Virus record (IMG/VR): IMGVR_UViG_2744054987_000003
Coordinates: 32,001 to 96,000 of that record
DNA: 64,000 nucleotides
Origin: a virus
Lineage: Duplodnaviria > Caudoviricetes
Reading direction: 5' to 3' (one strand)
Shown in pieces: positions 17,325 to 27,075 of the stretch. The notes under the pieces were generated by a model that saw nothing but the letters and a program-made list of their open reading frames with translations, was not told where the DNA came from and did no database searches. The position numbers and the translations under genes were made by a program. The stretch's first letter is position 1. Each line of letters begins with the position of its first letter.

Positions 17325-17701
17325 TGGTCACCCCGCAGCACAGCCTCGATGACCTTAATGTGATCGTCTAACGCGGCGCGGTATTCTCCGTGGATCAGCG
17401 TCAACGTCTGTGCTTTCCATAGCTGCACAACCCGGTCGAGCGCACCCCTCAACCGCTCGACCTCGGCCAGCAGCTCCGGCACCAGCGTGCGGGCAGCAGC
17501 GATGAACCGGGCGTCCCTCCGGTCTATTCCGCTGGACGAGAGGAAAACTGGAGCCGAACCATGCACGTCGGGATAGACGCCGCCTCGGATGCAGCTACTT
17601 CCATCCTCGTAGTCGATTCCGTCGAGTAGCGATGCGCGCCACGGCCCCTCGGTGACTCCTTCCAGTGCCGCGGTGGCGCGGGCGATCACGTCATCGGTCA
17701 T
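17321..17701 (-). CDS. Ead/Ea22-like protein
   Basis: TEGPW...DARFIAAARTLVPELLAEVERLR. Confidence 0.7.
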   Translation of the reverse strand: MTDDVIARATAALEGVTEGPWRASLLDGIDYEDGSSCIRGGVYPDVHGSAPVFLSSSGIDRRDARFIAAARTLVPELLAEVERLRGALDRVVQLWKAQTLTLIHGEYRAALDDHIKVIEAVLRGDQ

Positions 17702-17931
17702 GGCCGTGTCTCCTCAAGCTTTCGAGCGAGCAGGTCAACCAGTCGGATCAACGCGGGTACATCGTCGGCCGCTAGGTCATGCAGTGCGTTCTCATGCGTC
17801 GAGGCACCGCAACGGCATTCGTTCGTCTCGATGCGATGCAGACGCTCTTGAATCTGGTCAATAGTTCGAGGCGCGTAGGGGCTCCCGCCGACGACGCACT
17901 CGGACAGCAGCCTGTCGACATATCGGCTCAT
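17698..17931 (-). CDS. Hypothetical protein (77 aa)
   Basis: ORF track; ATGA overlaps. Confidence 0.6.
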   Translation of the reverse strand: MSRYVDRLLSECVVGGSPYAPRTIDQIQERLHRIETNECRCGASTHENALHDLAADDVPALIRLVDLLARKLEETRP

Positions 17932-18239
17932 CGCTCACCGCCGGGAGACCACAGGACGGTTGCGGGGAGGTCGATCGCGTCAGACCACCGTTGCCCTTCC
18001 CATCCAGGTTGATACCACCGTCGGGCCGTCGCCTTCTCGTAGACATACCGAGAGTCATCGCGCACCACAGAGTCCTCCGGCAGAGCATCTAGCTGCTCCA
18101 CCGTCTCGATCCGCCGCCGGTAGTGCTGCTCGGCGGCAGCAGCGATCAGGGCGGCGACATCCTCCCGTGACGACCCAGAGCCGAGCCGCCATGAGTGGCC
18201 GTGCAGGATTTCGGCGATGCGGGCGGTGAGGTCAGTCAT
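17928..18239 (-). CDS. Hypothetical protein (IETVEQLDALP family)
   Basis: IETVEQLDALPEDSVVRD...LPATVLW pattern common in actinophages. Confidence 0.65.
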   Translation of the reverse strand: MTDLTARIAEILHGHSWRLGSGSSREDVAALIAAAAEQHYRRRIETVEQLDALPEDSVVRDDSRYVYEKATARRWYQPGWEGQRWSDAIDLPATVLWSPGGER

Positions 18240-18354
18240 CAGAGCAGCCACCTAGTAATGAGTTCAATCAGGGCCATGAGCACAACGGCAATCAGTCCAA
18301 TACCTCCCGCGAATGCGAGGGCGAATAGCAAGACCTCCCAGATACTCGGTTCGC

Positions 18355-18711
18355 TCACTTCTCGCTCCGTTCTTCTGGTGTCCAGCCGGAAACCCAGCGG
18401 GATGAGATTCGATGTTCGTGCAGTGGATTGACTCCGCTGAGCCGATTGGCTCTTGCTTCGTCCAACGCCCGGAACTCCCGCACCACGCCCCACGGCGTGT
18501 ATTGCCGTGCGAGTCCTCCGAGGGCGGCGTCAACCATCTCGGCGACGTGCGGCGGATGCTCGTCGTAGGTGCATGGATCATCGCAGCGGCAACGGTCTTC
18601 GTACTTGCGCCACTGGTGCGCCCGCAGCACGCCCGCGATGACGGCAACAGCGGAGCTGGTGCCTATAGGGTTCGATCCTCCGGTCGATCCCGCCTGCTGT
18701 GCGTCACTCAT
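18355..18711 (-). CDS. Hypothetical protein with CxC...H motif
   Basis: CRC...HVAE...RWVSGW; resembles 4727-5014. Confidence 0.6.
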   Translation of the reverse strand: MSDAQQAGSTGGSNPIGTSSAVAVIAGVLRAHQWRKYEDRCRCDDPCTYDEHPPHVAEMVDAALGGLARQYTPWGVVREFRALDEARANRLSGVNPLHEHRISSRWVSGWTPEERSEK

Positions 18712-19051
18712 CGCCCACCGCCTCTGCTGCTTTGGCTGCGGCCAGGAGCGCGGCGGCAAGGCTGCGGGCATCCTCGGCGCAGTTGACCGGGTTGGATGTA
18801 CCCGTGAATGCGATCAGCCCATCCGTCTTGCGGATCGACACCTCGCCGTCGTCTATACGTCTGTCACCCCAATGCTGAGCGACTGGCCATGCGAGCGCGC
18901 TTCCGTCCCAGCGGAGATGCGCCTCCGGCAGCTTCACCACCTCGTAGCCTGCGGCGGTGAGTGCGGCGAGGATGTGAGTCGCCCATGTTGTCGTGGTGCC
19001 GTAGCGGACCTCCAACGCACCCGCGATGACCTCTATCGCCTTGTCACTCAT
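18704..19051 (-). CDS. Hypothetical protein
   Basis: C-terminal ARSLAAALLAAA pattern common in mycobacteriophages. Confidence 0.65.
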   Translation of the reverse strand: MSDKAIEVIAGALEVRYGTTTTWATHILAALTAAGYEVVKLPEAHLRWDGSALAWPVAQHWGDRRIDDGEVSIRKTDGLIAFTGTSNPVNCAEDARSLAAALLAAAKAAEAVGDE

Positions 19052-19236
19052 GCGCCCTCTCCTTCTGAACATGCCGGGCAGGCGTCGATGCGCATCTGGT
19101 TGTGGATGGAATGGCGAGGACGTGTCCAGCCATTGAGTCTGGCCTCAGCACGAGCACGGGTTGCCTTGTCGTAATCGGTCTCGAAGTCCACGCCGCACCG
19201 ATCGCAGCGCACGACATAGCACACCAAGGCCGTCAT
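19048..19236 (-). CDS. Small zinc-finger protein
   Basis: CDRC...GW...CPAC. Confidence 0.65.
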   Translation of the reverse strand: MTALVCYVVRCDRCGVDFETDYDKATRARAEARLNGWTRPRHSIHNQMRIDACPACSEGEGA

Positions 19237-19778
19237 TGTGGCTCCTCTGCGTCCGGTGAATGCTGCGGCACGCCCCATGCCTTAGTGATGTCCTGAGCCA
19301 GCGCTTCATTGCGACCAATCTCAACCTTCACCCCCGTCCCGCCTCGTGCTCCGGCGTAGCCCCGCCAAACCCCGGTCTCGACGATGACCGCGTCGACCAA
19401 CAGTTCGGCGGCACCGAGCAGGTGGGTGATCTTCTCGTCGTTGTGGGCGTAATCGTTGCGCGCGGCGTCAAGTGCTTTGCGCAACGCGCTGCGGGCGAAC
19501 GTCAGGTGTCCACCAGCGTTGTCGAGCTGACTGACGACAAACTCGGCGCGTTCTTTGCTTGGCCCGGCTGGGAGCTGGTCACCTGGGGGATTTGGACGCA
19601 CGGCACCCGACGACGACTCAGTGCCCTCCCCCAGGTCGTTACCGTCGCCACGACCAGCCTTCTCGATGGCGTCGGCCAGGTTCTTGATGGCGTAGCGCAG
19701 GTTCTCCAGGATGTATTCGTGAGAGCCGCCTCCGGCGTGGTCGGCAAGCCGACGGGCCTCGGCGAGGTGATCGGTCAC
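19233..19778 (-). CDS. Hypothetical protein (181 aa)
   Basis: ORF track; overlaps. Confidence 0.65.
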   Translation of the reverse strand: MTDHLAEARRLADHAGGGSHEYILENLRYAIKNLADAIEKAGRGDGNDLGEGTESSSGAVRPNPPGDQLPAGPSKERAEFVVSQLDNAGGHLTFARSALRKALDAARNDYAHNDEKITHLLGAAELLVDAVIVETGVWRGYAGARGGTGVKVEIGRNEALAQDITKAWGVPQHSPDAEEPQ

Positions 19779-20506
19779 CAGGCCGCCACCTTCGCAACGT
19801 CCTCGGTGGCGGCGACGAGCGCATTCACCAGCGCGGGCAGGTCCGACTTGCCGTCGGCGTCAGCGACGGCCCTGGCCGCACGTAGCGCCGCGTACTTGAG
19901 ACGAAACCACTCGTTGCTGTCCACCATGATGGGCAGCGGCTTGGCGCGTTCGGCGGCATCGGCCCTGCGTTCGGAGTCGAGCTGTTCCTGCCAGACGCGA
20001 AGGTGTTCACGCCGCTCAGCGGTCAGCCATAGCGCCAGTGCCGGGTCGGCCAAAAACACCTTGACGCGCTCGGTGAGGGTGCGCCCCCTGCCGTCTTTGG
20101 TGAACAGCTCGCCGTTAGAATCACGGCCAGTGACCAACCACAGCGCGCAGAGTTCTTCCGAGCTGTACTTGCTGGGTCGCGCCAGCGACAGCTCGCGGTC
20201 GAAATCGTAGCGCTGCTCGCCCAGCGGGTGCTGCTTGTTGCCGCGCTCATCGACGTAGGTCACGGTGAGGCCGTGCAGCCGGTCGCCGTAGGTGACGCTC
20301 CAGCTATTGCTGCCCCTGACCTGGAAGTCGAACTCGACACGCCACTGCCCGCCGTCGGGGGCGTCGTGCAGCCACACATACGGATTCTGAACCTCATCAC
20401 CCCGGATGATGCGCTGAAGCGTCGCAGTGGGGTCCAGCCGCCAGCCGTTGTCCTTGGCGACGTGCGCGAGCTGGTCGTACCTAGTCTGTTTGGTCTGAGC
20501 ACTCAT
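19775..20506 (-). CDS. Hypothetical protein, probably leaderless (243 aa)
   Basis: TAGACT-N6-ATG upstream, with TAGACA further upstream. Confidence 0.75.
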   Translation of the reverse strand: MSAQTKQTRYDQLAHVAKDNGWRLDPTATLQRIIRGDEVQNPYVWLHDAPDGGQWRVEFDFQVRGSNSWSVTYGDRLHGLTVTYVDERGNKQHPLGEQRYDFDRELSLARPSKYSSEELCALWLVTGRDSNGELFTKDGRGRTLTERVKVFLADPALALWLTAERREHLRVWQEQLDSERRADAAERAKPLPIMVDSNEWFRLKYAALRAARAVADADGKSDLPALVNALVAATEDVAKVAAW

Positions 20507-20902
20507 GCAGCCAGTCTACCACAGGTCTCTAGATTCAACACAGTGAATGTCTAGTGCCATCCATAGCGCCCATCGACGCTCCAGTCGCGTTGAGAGACCC
20601 GGTACTGCTTGTCGCGAAAGTGAACCGGCTCGCCCACGGCAGGCACCGCGTCAACGGTGCCCGACCAGCTGGGAAACTTCCCTATCTGAGCTGGTTCGTC
20701 AGCGATGAGATAGCAGTGCATCAGGCTGACGTCTTCCCGACTTCGTCGTTGAGTGCTGCCGCCACTGCCGTGAGGTACTGGCGCATCTGCTCTTTGGGGC
20801 TGTCGTTGTTGAACGGCGTGAGGCGGACCTCGCCGGACATCACCACGCCGTCGACAACGACGATCGGTGCCATCCCAATGTAGGCATCGTTTTCATTGAC
20901 CG

Positions 20903-21286
20903 TCATGCGTTGACCTCTTTGATGCCGATGACGCTGGGGAATCCGCCCCACCAGCGGTAGCCGCCGGTGGTGATGTCGTAGGTCTTGCCGACCTCGATGA
21001 CCGACCAGCGGTCGTAGGACTGCCAACCCCCGGCGATGGTGTCATCGACCGCGAACACCCCGCAGCTGGTGGACACCAGCTTCTGGTAACTGGTGTGGGT
21101 GTCACCGTCGGATCCCGAGACGTGCTGGCGCTGTTCTTTGTTGGTGACCGTGCAGTTGCGGTGGGTCTTTTGGTTCATCGTCGAGCAGCCCGCGCTGAGC
21201 ACCACGAAGGCCAGCATGGTCGCCAGCGCCAGCGCGATGAACGCCCGGCGGCAGTACGTATCACTCAACACGGACCCCCTTCGCAT
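20903..21286 (-). CDS. Putative lipoprotein
   Basis: Hydrophobic stretch then LSAGC lipobox; start uncertain. Confidence 0.65.
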   Translation of the reverse strand: MRRGSVLSDTYCRRAFIALALATMLAFVVLSAGCSTMNQKTHRNCTVTNKEQRQHVSGSDGDTHTSYQKLVSTSCGVFAVDDTIAGGWQSYDRWSVIEVGKTYDITTGGYRWWGGFPSVIGIKEVNA

Positions 21287-21692
21287 TTGGTGCAGAGCAC
21301 CTTGCCGAAACCGAAGTGCAGAGCATCCTGGTTGGCCAACATGAGGCGGGTGACGACCAGGCCACAGCCGCAGGTGCCGACGACCTCGCGATCTTCTTGA
21401 CGGCGGCGCTGCTGTTGTTTGGCGATGCCTTTACGATGGGTTTCGCGGCTCATGGCTGGCGGTTCTTCCTGCGGCTGACAAACCAGCGCGGCCAGCGAGA
21501 GAGTTTCACGGGCGGGATCATGCGCGGTGCCTTCCTTGGTAGTCGGCGTCGGGGGTACGAACGATCTGGACTCCCGACAGCGCCAGGCCGTGTCGTCGGC
21601 GCAAGTGAAAAGCACTGTCGTAGCGCAGTCGCATGAGCGTGTTGCCCGCACCGATGATGGCCACGCTCACAACACCCCGAGTCCGGCCAGGA

Positions 21693-22028
21693 TCATGAGC
21701 GCAGGTCTCGCTTCCCAGCCATCCACGGGTGATCGTCGGGCAGGTCGACCGGATGGATGTTGACCTCCTCGACCTGATCGGCATACGCCGGATCTGACAC
21801 CAGATTCATCAGGCGCGGACAGCCGGGGTCGTGCAGGGTTTCGACGGCGTTGACCGGAACGTCAGCGCTCAGACCGAGATGCTCGACGAGTTCTTGCGCG
21901 CAATCCCCGCACAGCTCGGCGTCGTGAAAGTATTTGACCAGCGACGGGTAGGTCTGAATCTTGACGTCGCGGCGCGCACAGTCCGGGCAGATGTTGAGTT
22001 CTTTGATCTCGCCGTAGCTCAGGATCAT
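21693..22028 (-). CDS. Zinc-binding hypothetical protein
   Basis: CPDC...CGDC; ATGA overlap. Confidence 0.6.
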   Translation of the reverse strand: MILSYGEIKELNICPDCARRDVKIQTYPSLVKYFHDAELCGDCAQELVEHLGLSADVPVNAVETLHDPGCPRLMNLVSDPAYADQVEEVNIHPVDLPDDHPWMAGKRDLRS

Positions 22029-22345
22029 TGAGTGCCTTCCCGTGAAGCGGAAACGGAATCGGTGTAGAACCAGGCGACATACAGCTCGCCTTGGCGTACT
22101 GCGGCACGAAAACCTTGATCTCCGCGCAGAGCTGCGGGTGCCAGCCTGGAGCCGTTATTGATGGCTGCGGCCACGGTGCGTTTGGAGTTGACCTTCAGTT
22201 CGTGCGGATACTTGGCCCACCGGCCGGGGGAGGAGCGCAGCGCGTCGGCGAAACGTGCGGTGGTCTTGTTGCCGCCCCGGCCCGCGTTGTTGTGTCGAGT
22301 CGGCTCGGGCAGCTCGTCGACGAACTCGAACTCGGCGCTGTTCAC
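22025..22345 (-). CDS. Hypothetical protein
   Basis: FEFVDELP...LRSSPGRWA...LYVAW. Confidence 0.65.
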   Translation of the reverse strand: MNSAEFEFVDELPEPTRHNNAGRGGNKTTARFADALRSSPGRWAKYPHELKVNSKRTVAAAINNGSRLAPAALRGDQGFRAAVRQGELYVAWFYTDSVSASREGTQ

Positions 22346-22968
22346 TCGTTGTCGTCCTCGCGAACGAAGTCGAGCAGCCGCTGACAGGCGTCCTCGACTT
22401 TCCGGCGTGCCCCGGCCCGCCAGCCCACCAGCATGTCGTCGAGGTCGGTGGCCAGCTGCACCAGACGTGGTGTGGGGGCGACAGCGACCTCGGTCTGCTT
22501 GTCGGAGCATTCGGTGGGACCGAACAGTGAAACGCCGTCGTCGAACGCTTGGGTCTGTGCGGCCAGTTCTGTCAGCCTGGACTTCATCCGCCGCAACGAA
22601 TCCTGGTCACGAGGTTTCAGCGGCAGCGTCTCCACCTTGCCCTGACTCACCGGCTCGGTCAGCTTGTAGCCGACCGGTGTCTTGACCGGCTCATCGTCAG
22701 GGTCTTCGGTCAGGGTCTCCATCTTGACCTCCTCGGAGGTGACATCGGAGTAGTCGGCACCGCTGCGCAGATAGCCGACACGTTCGGCGACGTCGATGTC
22801 AGTACCGAGCTTGGCGGGCGGATGATGCTCCTCGTAGAGCGCAGCGGCGAAGTTGCGCCACAGCTGTTTATGCTCGTCGGTCATGGCTTCCCAGGCCAGT
22901 GCGCCTTGGGGGACGAAGGTCGTGGTGTAGAGCCGGTAGATGCGCTTGGCAGAAACCCGCCTGATCAT
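22342..22968 (-). CDS. Hypothetical protein
   Basis: MIRRVSAKR...; ATGA overlap. Confidence 0.6.
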   Translation of the reverse strand: MIRRVSAKRIYRLYTTTFVPQGALAWEAMTDEHKQLWRNFAAALYEEHHPPAKLGTDIDVAERVGYLRSGADYSDVTSEEVKMETLTEDPDDEPVKTPVGYKLTEPVSQGKVETLPLKPRDQDSLRRMKSRLTELAAQTQAFDDGVSLFGPTECSDKQTEVAVAPTPRLVQLATDLDDMLVGWRAGARRKVEDACQRLLDFVREDDNE

Positions 22969-23741
22969 GCGTGAGTCTTCTTCCTGGGCTTGGGCTGCTT
23001 CTTGAACTTCTCGGTGAGGTTGGGCTTGATGACTTTGATGCCCAGCTGTTCGGGAGATTTCAGTGGATGGCTGCGCCGGTTCCAGTCGGTGCGGGTGCCC
23101 ACCCGCCAAGCGGTGCGTCCCGGCAGTCGGGGATCGTCGTCGGTGCGCTTAGCGATGACCGGTTCGATGTCGGCGTGCTCGATGATGCTCGGCACGCTGT
23201 AGGCGGCTTTGAGTTTGAAGCGATGCATCCAGGCGCTGATGCGTTCATCGACAGGCCGGGTGTCACCACGGAAGGTACGGACCTGCGCCAGCAGACCCAG
23301 ATGCTCGGGGCGCATCGCATACGCGGTCGCTGACAGCAACGGTTTACCGATCAGCCAGCAGGTGTCGGCGGTAGGAAGTGTGGTCAATGCTCGGGCGATC
23401 GAAGGCTGCCAGTGCGGGGGCCGCATCCGCCCGAGGTAAAACGATGCGATGCTGGCGGTCTTCGGCAGGTGTGCCAGCGCATGCCGTGCCTGGTCGATGA
23501 AGTCTTCGGTGGGCACCATGTCGTCTTCGACGATCAGAGCGTAATCGGCTGACGAGTCTTTGAGGTAGTTCCATGCCTGGGCGTGATTGAACTCCGCGCC
23601 TTTGAGATTGTTGTCCCAGCAGACAGCGTCTGCGCGCAGAGCCTCGGCGAGCCTGTTAGCGCGGTCTTTGCGTCGCGGGTGTGCGATCACAGCGACATCC
23701 ACTGTGGGGAGTCGCTTGGTTCCGCTGGTTCCGCGATTCAA
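22965..23741 (-). CDS. Glycosyltransferase (GT-A fold, GT25/GT2-like)
   Basis: AHPRR...NH..AW...LIVEDD...SFYLG...PS..EHAD pattern of mycobacteriophage GTs. Confidence 0.75.
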   Translation of the reverse strand: MNRGTSGTKRLPTVDVAVIAHPRRKDRANRLAEALRADAVCWDNNLKGAEFNHAQAWNYLKDSSADYALIVEDDMVPTEDFIDQARHALAHLPKTASIASFYLGRMRPPHWQPSIARALTTLPTADTCWLIGKPLLSATAYAMRPEHLGLLAQVRTFRGDTRPVDERISAWMHRFKLKAAYSVPSIIEHADIEPVIAKRTDDDPRLPGRTAWRVGTRTDWNRRSHPLKSPEQLGIKVIKPNLTEKFKKQPKPRKKTHA

Positions 23742-23870
23742 AGGTTTGACCTATCCGTTGTATTGCAGAAATGTCAAGTTTGTTGGTCATATGCTAGCAC
23801 GATATTAGAGCTACATGCAATATAAGGAAAGAGGGATGCTGGATGACGGGAATGCAAGTCTAGCGCATGT

Positions 23871-24317
23871 CTAATCGTCAGTGGTGGTTGTCGAAGATGG
23901 AGGTACAAGCATCTCGATGATTTGTGCCAGTGCAATGACTGCCTGGACGGGTTGACCCATGTGCGCCAGATCGCGGGCGTTGGCCAGAACGTAGCCGATG
24001 TGCTCGCGGGCAGCGGGGTCGATCGTCAACACTTCAGCGTTGGCGCGGCGGGTCGTCGACGGCTCGGGTGCGGCATGACGTGGGGCGTGTTCGTTGGGCA
24101 CCAGGTTCTGTGAGTACGCGGCGCGACGTGTCACACAGTTGCGGTGGACGCGGCGAGGCAGCGGGAAGTCGGGGTCGAGCTGCCAGGCATCACCGTCCTG
24201 GATGCCCGTGCTGCATTCGGGGCAGATGTCGTTGATGCTGGGGGCAACGGCATGAACGATGCCTTGATCGAGGTCGCCGACACGGTTCTTGTCGAGCTGC
24301 TTATCTTCGTCACTCAT
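23871..24317 (-). CDS. Hypothetical protein with CxxC...HxxC
   Basis: ORF track. Confidence 0.65.
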   Translation of the reverse strand: MSDEDKQLDKNRVGDLDQGIVHAVAPSINDICPECSTGIQDGDAWQLDPDFPLPRRVHRNCVTRRAAYSQNLVPNEHAPRHAAPEPSTTRRANAEVLTIDPAAREHIGYVLANARDLAHMGQPVQAVIALAQIIEMLVPPSSTTTTDD

Positions 24318-24460
24318 GGGGTGCCCTTCGAGGGGAACGAGAAGAGTTCAATGATCTGGGTGGACTCGCAGCCGCAATGTTTGCAGCCGGAGGTGAGGCC
24401 CTGATGGTGGGAGATGTAGCCGCACTCCAGGCAGCGGACATCGTTGTTGGAGCCGGTCAT

Positions 24461-24844
24461 TCAGTAGCCCCTCGCCTTCTCTTTGAGATCGGAGATGTGA
24501 GCGACCAGGGCACGGATCAGGATCTCCTGCGTCTGGTAGGTGTCTTCGGCGAGCGGGTCGATCTGGTTGATGATCTCGGTGAAACGATCCACGAGCTGCT
24601 GGCGTACCGGGTGGGCGGCGATCACTTCTTCGGCTACCTGATTAGCCACCCGATTGACCGCCATCTCGAACTGCTCTTGCAGCGGGGTCTTCGACGTGCT
24701 GTTGTAGCGGTCCCTGCTTGATGTCATCAGATGCTTAAGCGCACCCTCAATCAGTGTTTCCTTGGTCTGCGCCGACAGCGAATCGAGGATCGCTTTGTTG
24801 AGGATGCTGGACAGTTCGTCGACGGGAATCATCAGTTCGCTCAT
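24461..24844 (-). CDS. Hypothetical protein (127 aa)
   Basis: ORF track; TGATG coupling. Confidence 0.7.
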   Translation of the reverse strand: MSELMIPVDELSSILNKAILDSLSAQTKETLIEGALKHLMTSSRDRYNSTSKTPLQEQFEMAVNRVANQVAEEVIAAHPVRQQLVDRFTEIINQIDPLAEDTYQTQEILIRALVAHISDLKEKARGY

Positions 24845-25422
24845 CAGTTGGTCAGCACTCCTCGGATGTCGGGGGCGATGTACTGGTCAGGCTTCTGGAC
24901 TTTGCCCGCAGCATCCTTGATCGGCAGTCCCTCGCCGATGACTTTGGACAGGTTGGATTTGACGACCTGCGCGGCAGCAGCTTTGGCTTTGTCGGGGCCG
25001 ACGTAGGCCAGCAGGGTTCCCCAAGCGACCACGATGACATCGAGCAGCCCGTCAACGACTTCAATGAGGTCGTTTTCGATCTCGGCCTGCCGGTACTCGA
25101 AGAATTCTTCGTGGAGCAGGTTGCGGCGCAGACGGCGTAGGTCGTTGCTCCAATGTCCGGGGAAGCCGACCTCATCGAGCTGTCGGGCCTTCTCCATGAA
25201 CAGCTGTGTGCCGTCGAGAATGTTGGGCAGTGCATCCTCGCGCCCCTCACGCATGACCAGATCGAGCAGCTCCTGCTGCGCCGCCTCCTTGGCCTGTGCT
25301 TCGGAAGCGAAGCCTGCGAGAGCGACCTGACGCCCCTTCAGTGAGGCAGTGCAGCCGAAGGTATTGCCGTAGGTGGGGTAGGTGATGGAGGTGAAACTGT
25401 CCTGATCACCTGCTGAACACAT
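24844..25422 (-). CDS. MazG-like nucleotide pyrophosphohydrolase with an extra N-terminal domain
   Basis: LLHEEFFE...EVVDGLLDVIVV...SNLSK...GKVQKP..Y.APD. Confidence 0.8.
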   Translation of the reverse strand: MCSAGDQDSFTSITYPTYGNTFGCTASLKGRQVALAGFASEAQAKEAAQQELLDLVMREGREDALPNILDGTQLFMEKARQLDEVGFPGHWSNDLRRLRRNLLHEEFFEYRQAEIENDLIEVVDGLLDVIVVAWGTLLAYVGPDKAKAAAAQVVKSNLSKVIGEGLPIKDAAGKVQKPDQYIAPDIRGVLTN

Positions 25423-25460
25423 GCTGTTCCTGACGCTGTAGGTTTGTTGGACTTACTCTA

Positions 25461-25976
25461 TCACACCGTCGGACGGTTTTTCCACCAAAATCGTCCAATG
25501 ACCTCGCCTTTCCACGTCTCGCAGCCAGGCAACTGTTCGGCCATCTCGTCGAAGTCCCATTGGTACAGATGGGTCTCGTGAATGTTGCCTTCCAGCTCGC
25601 CCTGGGGATAGTCGATGATGGGCACCGACACCATGATTTCGTCGGCCAGTGAGCGTGCGCGGTCCAGGAACAGCGCCGCCTCGAAGCGGGGAAGATGCTC
25701 GATGACGTCTCCGGCCAGCAGCACAAAGCGTTCAGTAGGCAGCTGGTAATCGCGCAGATCGCTGACGTGGACTTCGTCGTACTTACTGTGCAGCTGGTAG
25801 CGCTCGACGTACGGCTCGAAGATATCCACCGCGATCCAGTGCCGAGTGGGCAGATGGTCGCGCGCCAGCATGCTGTAGGTGCCTTCGCCCGCGCCGAGAT
25901 CGACGATGGTGGGCGCGGTGGTCTGCTTGAGGTGCTCCAGCACCCAGTCACGACCTTCAGGATGAGAACCGGGCAT
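25461..25976 (-). CDS. Class I SAM-dependent methyltransferase
   Basis: IVDLGAGEG motif I; GDVIEHL. Confidence 0.85.
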   Translation of the reverse strand: MPGSHPEGRDWVLEHLKQTTAPTIVDLGAGEGTYSMLARDHLPTRHWIAVDIFEPYVERYQLHSKYDEVHVSDLRDYQLPTERFVLLAGDVIEHLPRFEAALFLDRARSLADEIMVSVPIIDYPQGELEGNIHETHLYQWDFDEMAEQLPGCETWKGEVIGRFWWKNRPTV

Positions 25977-26688
25977 CGCCTTGCACCTTCCGTAGGGAAC
26001 ACTCGCATGTAGCTTCGTTGGCGTAGCGCTTCCACAGCTCATGGTTGGCCCGCCACTGCGGGTCCATCATGCGGGTGATCTTGTCAGCGCTGGGGTGCCA
26101 CAAATGGAACGCTGCGCCCTCGATGCGCAACGGGCTGCCGCCGAGGATGGTGGCAGCGTGAGCGAAGGCGTTGTCTTCGCAGCCCCAGCCGATGAACCGT
26201 TCATCGAAACCCCCGACGCGATCCCACAGCTTGCGCGGCACGACCAACATCGAGGACTGCGTCTCGATCTCGGCGGTGCGCACACGCTCAACGTCCGGCC
26301 AGACGCGGTCGCCGTTGGTCTCCACCAGCCGCTTGGTGTAGTGCTCGCTCAGTTCGATAACGCTGGTGAAGGCGAAGGCCAGCCTGCCTGTGCGCCGCGC
26401 CAGGATGACGGCGTCGTCGAGCTGATGCGACGGCACCCACGTGTCCGCGTCGGCGATGACCGCCACGTCCCAGTCGTCGGGCTGCTGAAGGTCTGCTCTG
26501 TGTGCCATCGTGTTGATGGCGCTGCTGCGGCTGAAGACCGTCTCTGGTGGGTTGTCGAGACTGCTGTGTCCTGCGAAAACGGTGTAGTCGTTGCGCAGTT
26601 GCGCCCAGTAGGTGGCTTTGAGGTAGGTCCAAATGTCGTCACGCCAGCCATTGTCGCCACGATAGGGGACCAGAACAGGAATCATCAC
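25957..26688 (-). CDS. Glycosyltransferase (GT2/GT7-C, galactosyltransferase-like)
   Basis: DAD motif; GGFDERFIGWGCED; HLWH. Confidence 0.85.
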   Translation of the reverse strand: MMIPVLVPYRGDNGWRDDIWTYLKATYWAQLRNDYTVFAGHSSLDNPPETVFSRSSAINTMAHRADLQQPDDWDVAVIADADTWVPSHQLDDAVILARRTGRLAFAFTSVIELSEHYTKRLVETNGDRVWPDVERVRTAEIETQSSMLVVPRKLWDRVGGFDERFIGWGCEDNAFAHAATILGGSPLRIEGAAFHLWHPSADKITRMMDPQWRANHELWKRYANEATCECSLRKVQGDARFSS

Positions 26689-27074
26689 AAACGCTTGACG
26701 TTGGCAATGATCTCGCCAGGCACGTTAGCCACCTGGTAGTTCCCGCCGTTCGCAGCCCAGTAAAGAACGCTGCCTTCAGGAGCATTGCCATTAGTGGGAT
26801 TTGCTGTGAAGTATGCAACATTGTCCATGTTGATGTAGAGCAATCCAGGAGGTGCCCCCAACCAGCCTGCCGTGAAGGCCAGCCAATTTCCATCGTTGAT
26901 GAGATTGACAACCTCTGAGGGCACCTCCGTGACGTAGATCAGATCGTCGCCGCCGGTGGTGTTGTTCTGCAAAACGCTACCGCCGCCAGCGGAGGGCGGC
27001 GCAATCTGAAATAGGTTGGCGCTGTTGACATACACAGGCGCTCCAGTCGTCCTGTCAGTCAGAGTAATCCACAT
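26685..27074 (-). CDS. Protein of two tandem FlbD-like small beta domains
   Basis: Two halves with W...YVN/YIN...GSVL...V.(E/N)VP.E; AT-richer codons. Confidence 0.55.
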   Translation of the reverse strand: MWITLTDRTTGAPVYVNSANLFQIAPPSAGGGSVLQNNTTGGDDLIYVTEVPSEVVNLINDGNWLAFTAGWLGAPPGLLYINMDNVAYFTANPTNGNAPEGSVLYWAANGGNYQVANVPGEIIANVKRL

Positions 27075-27075
27075 T

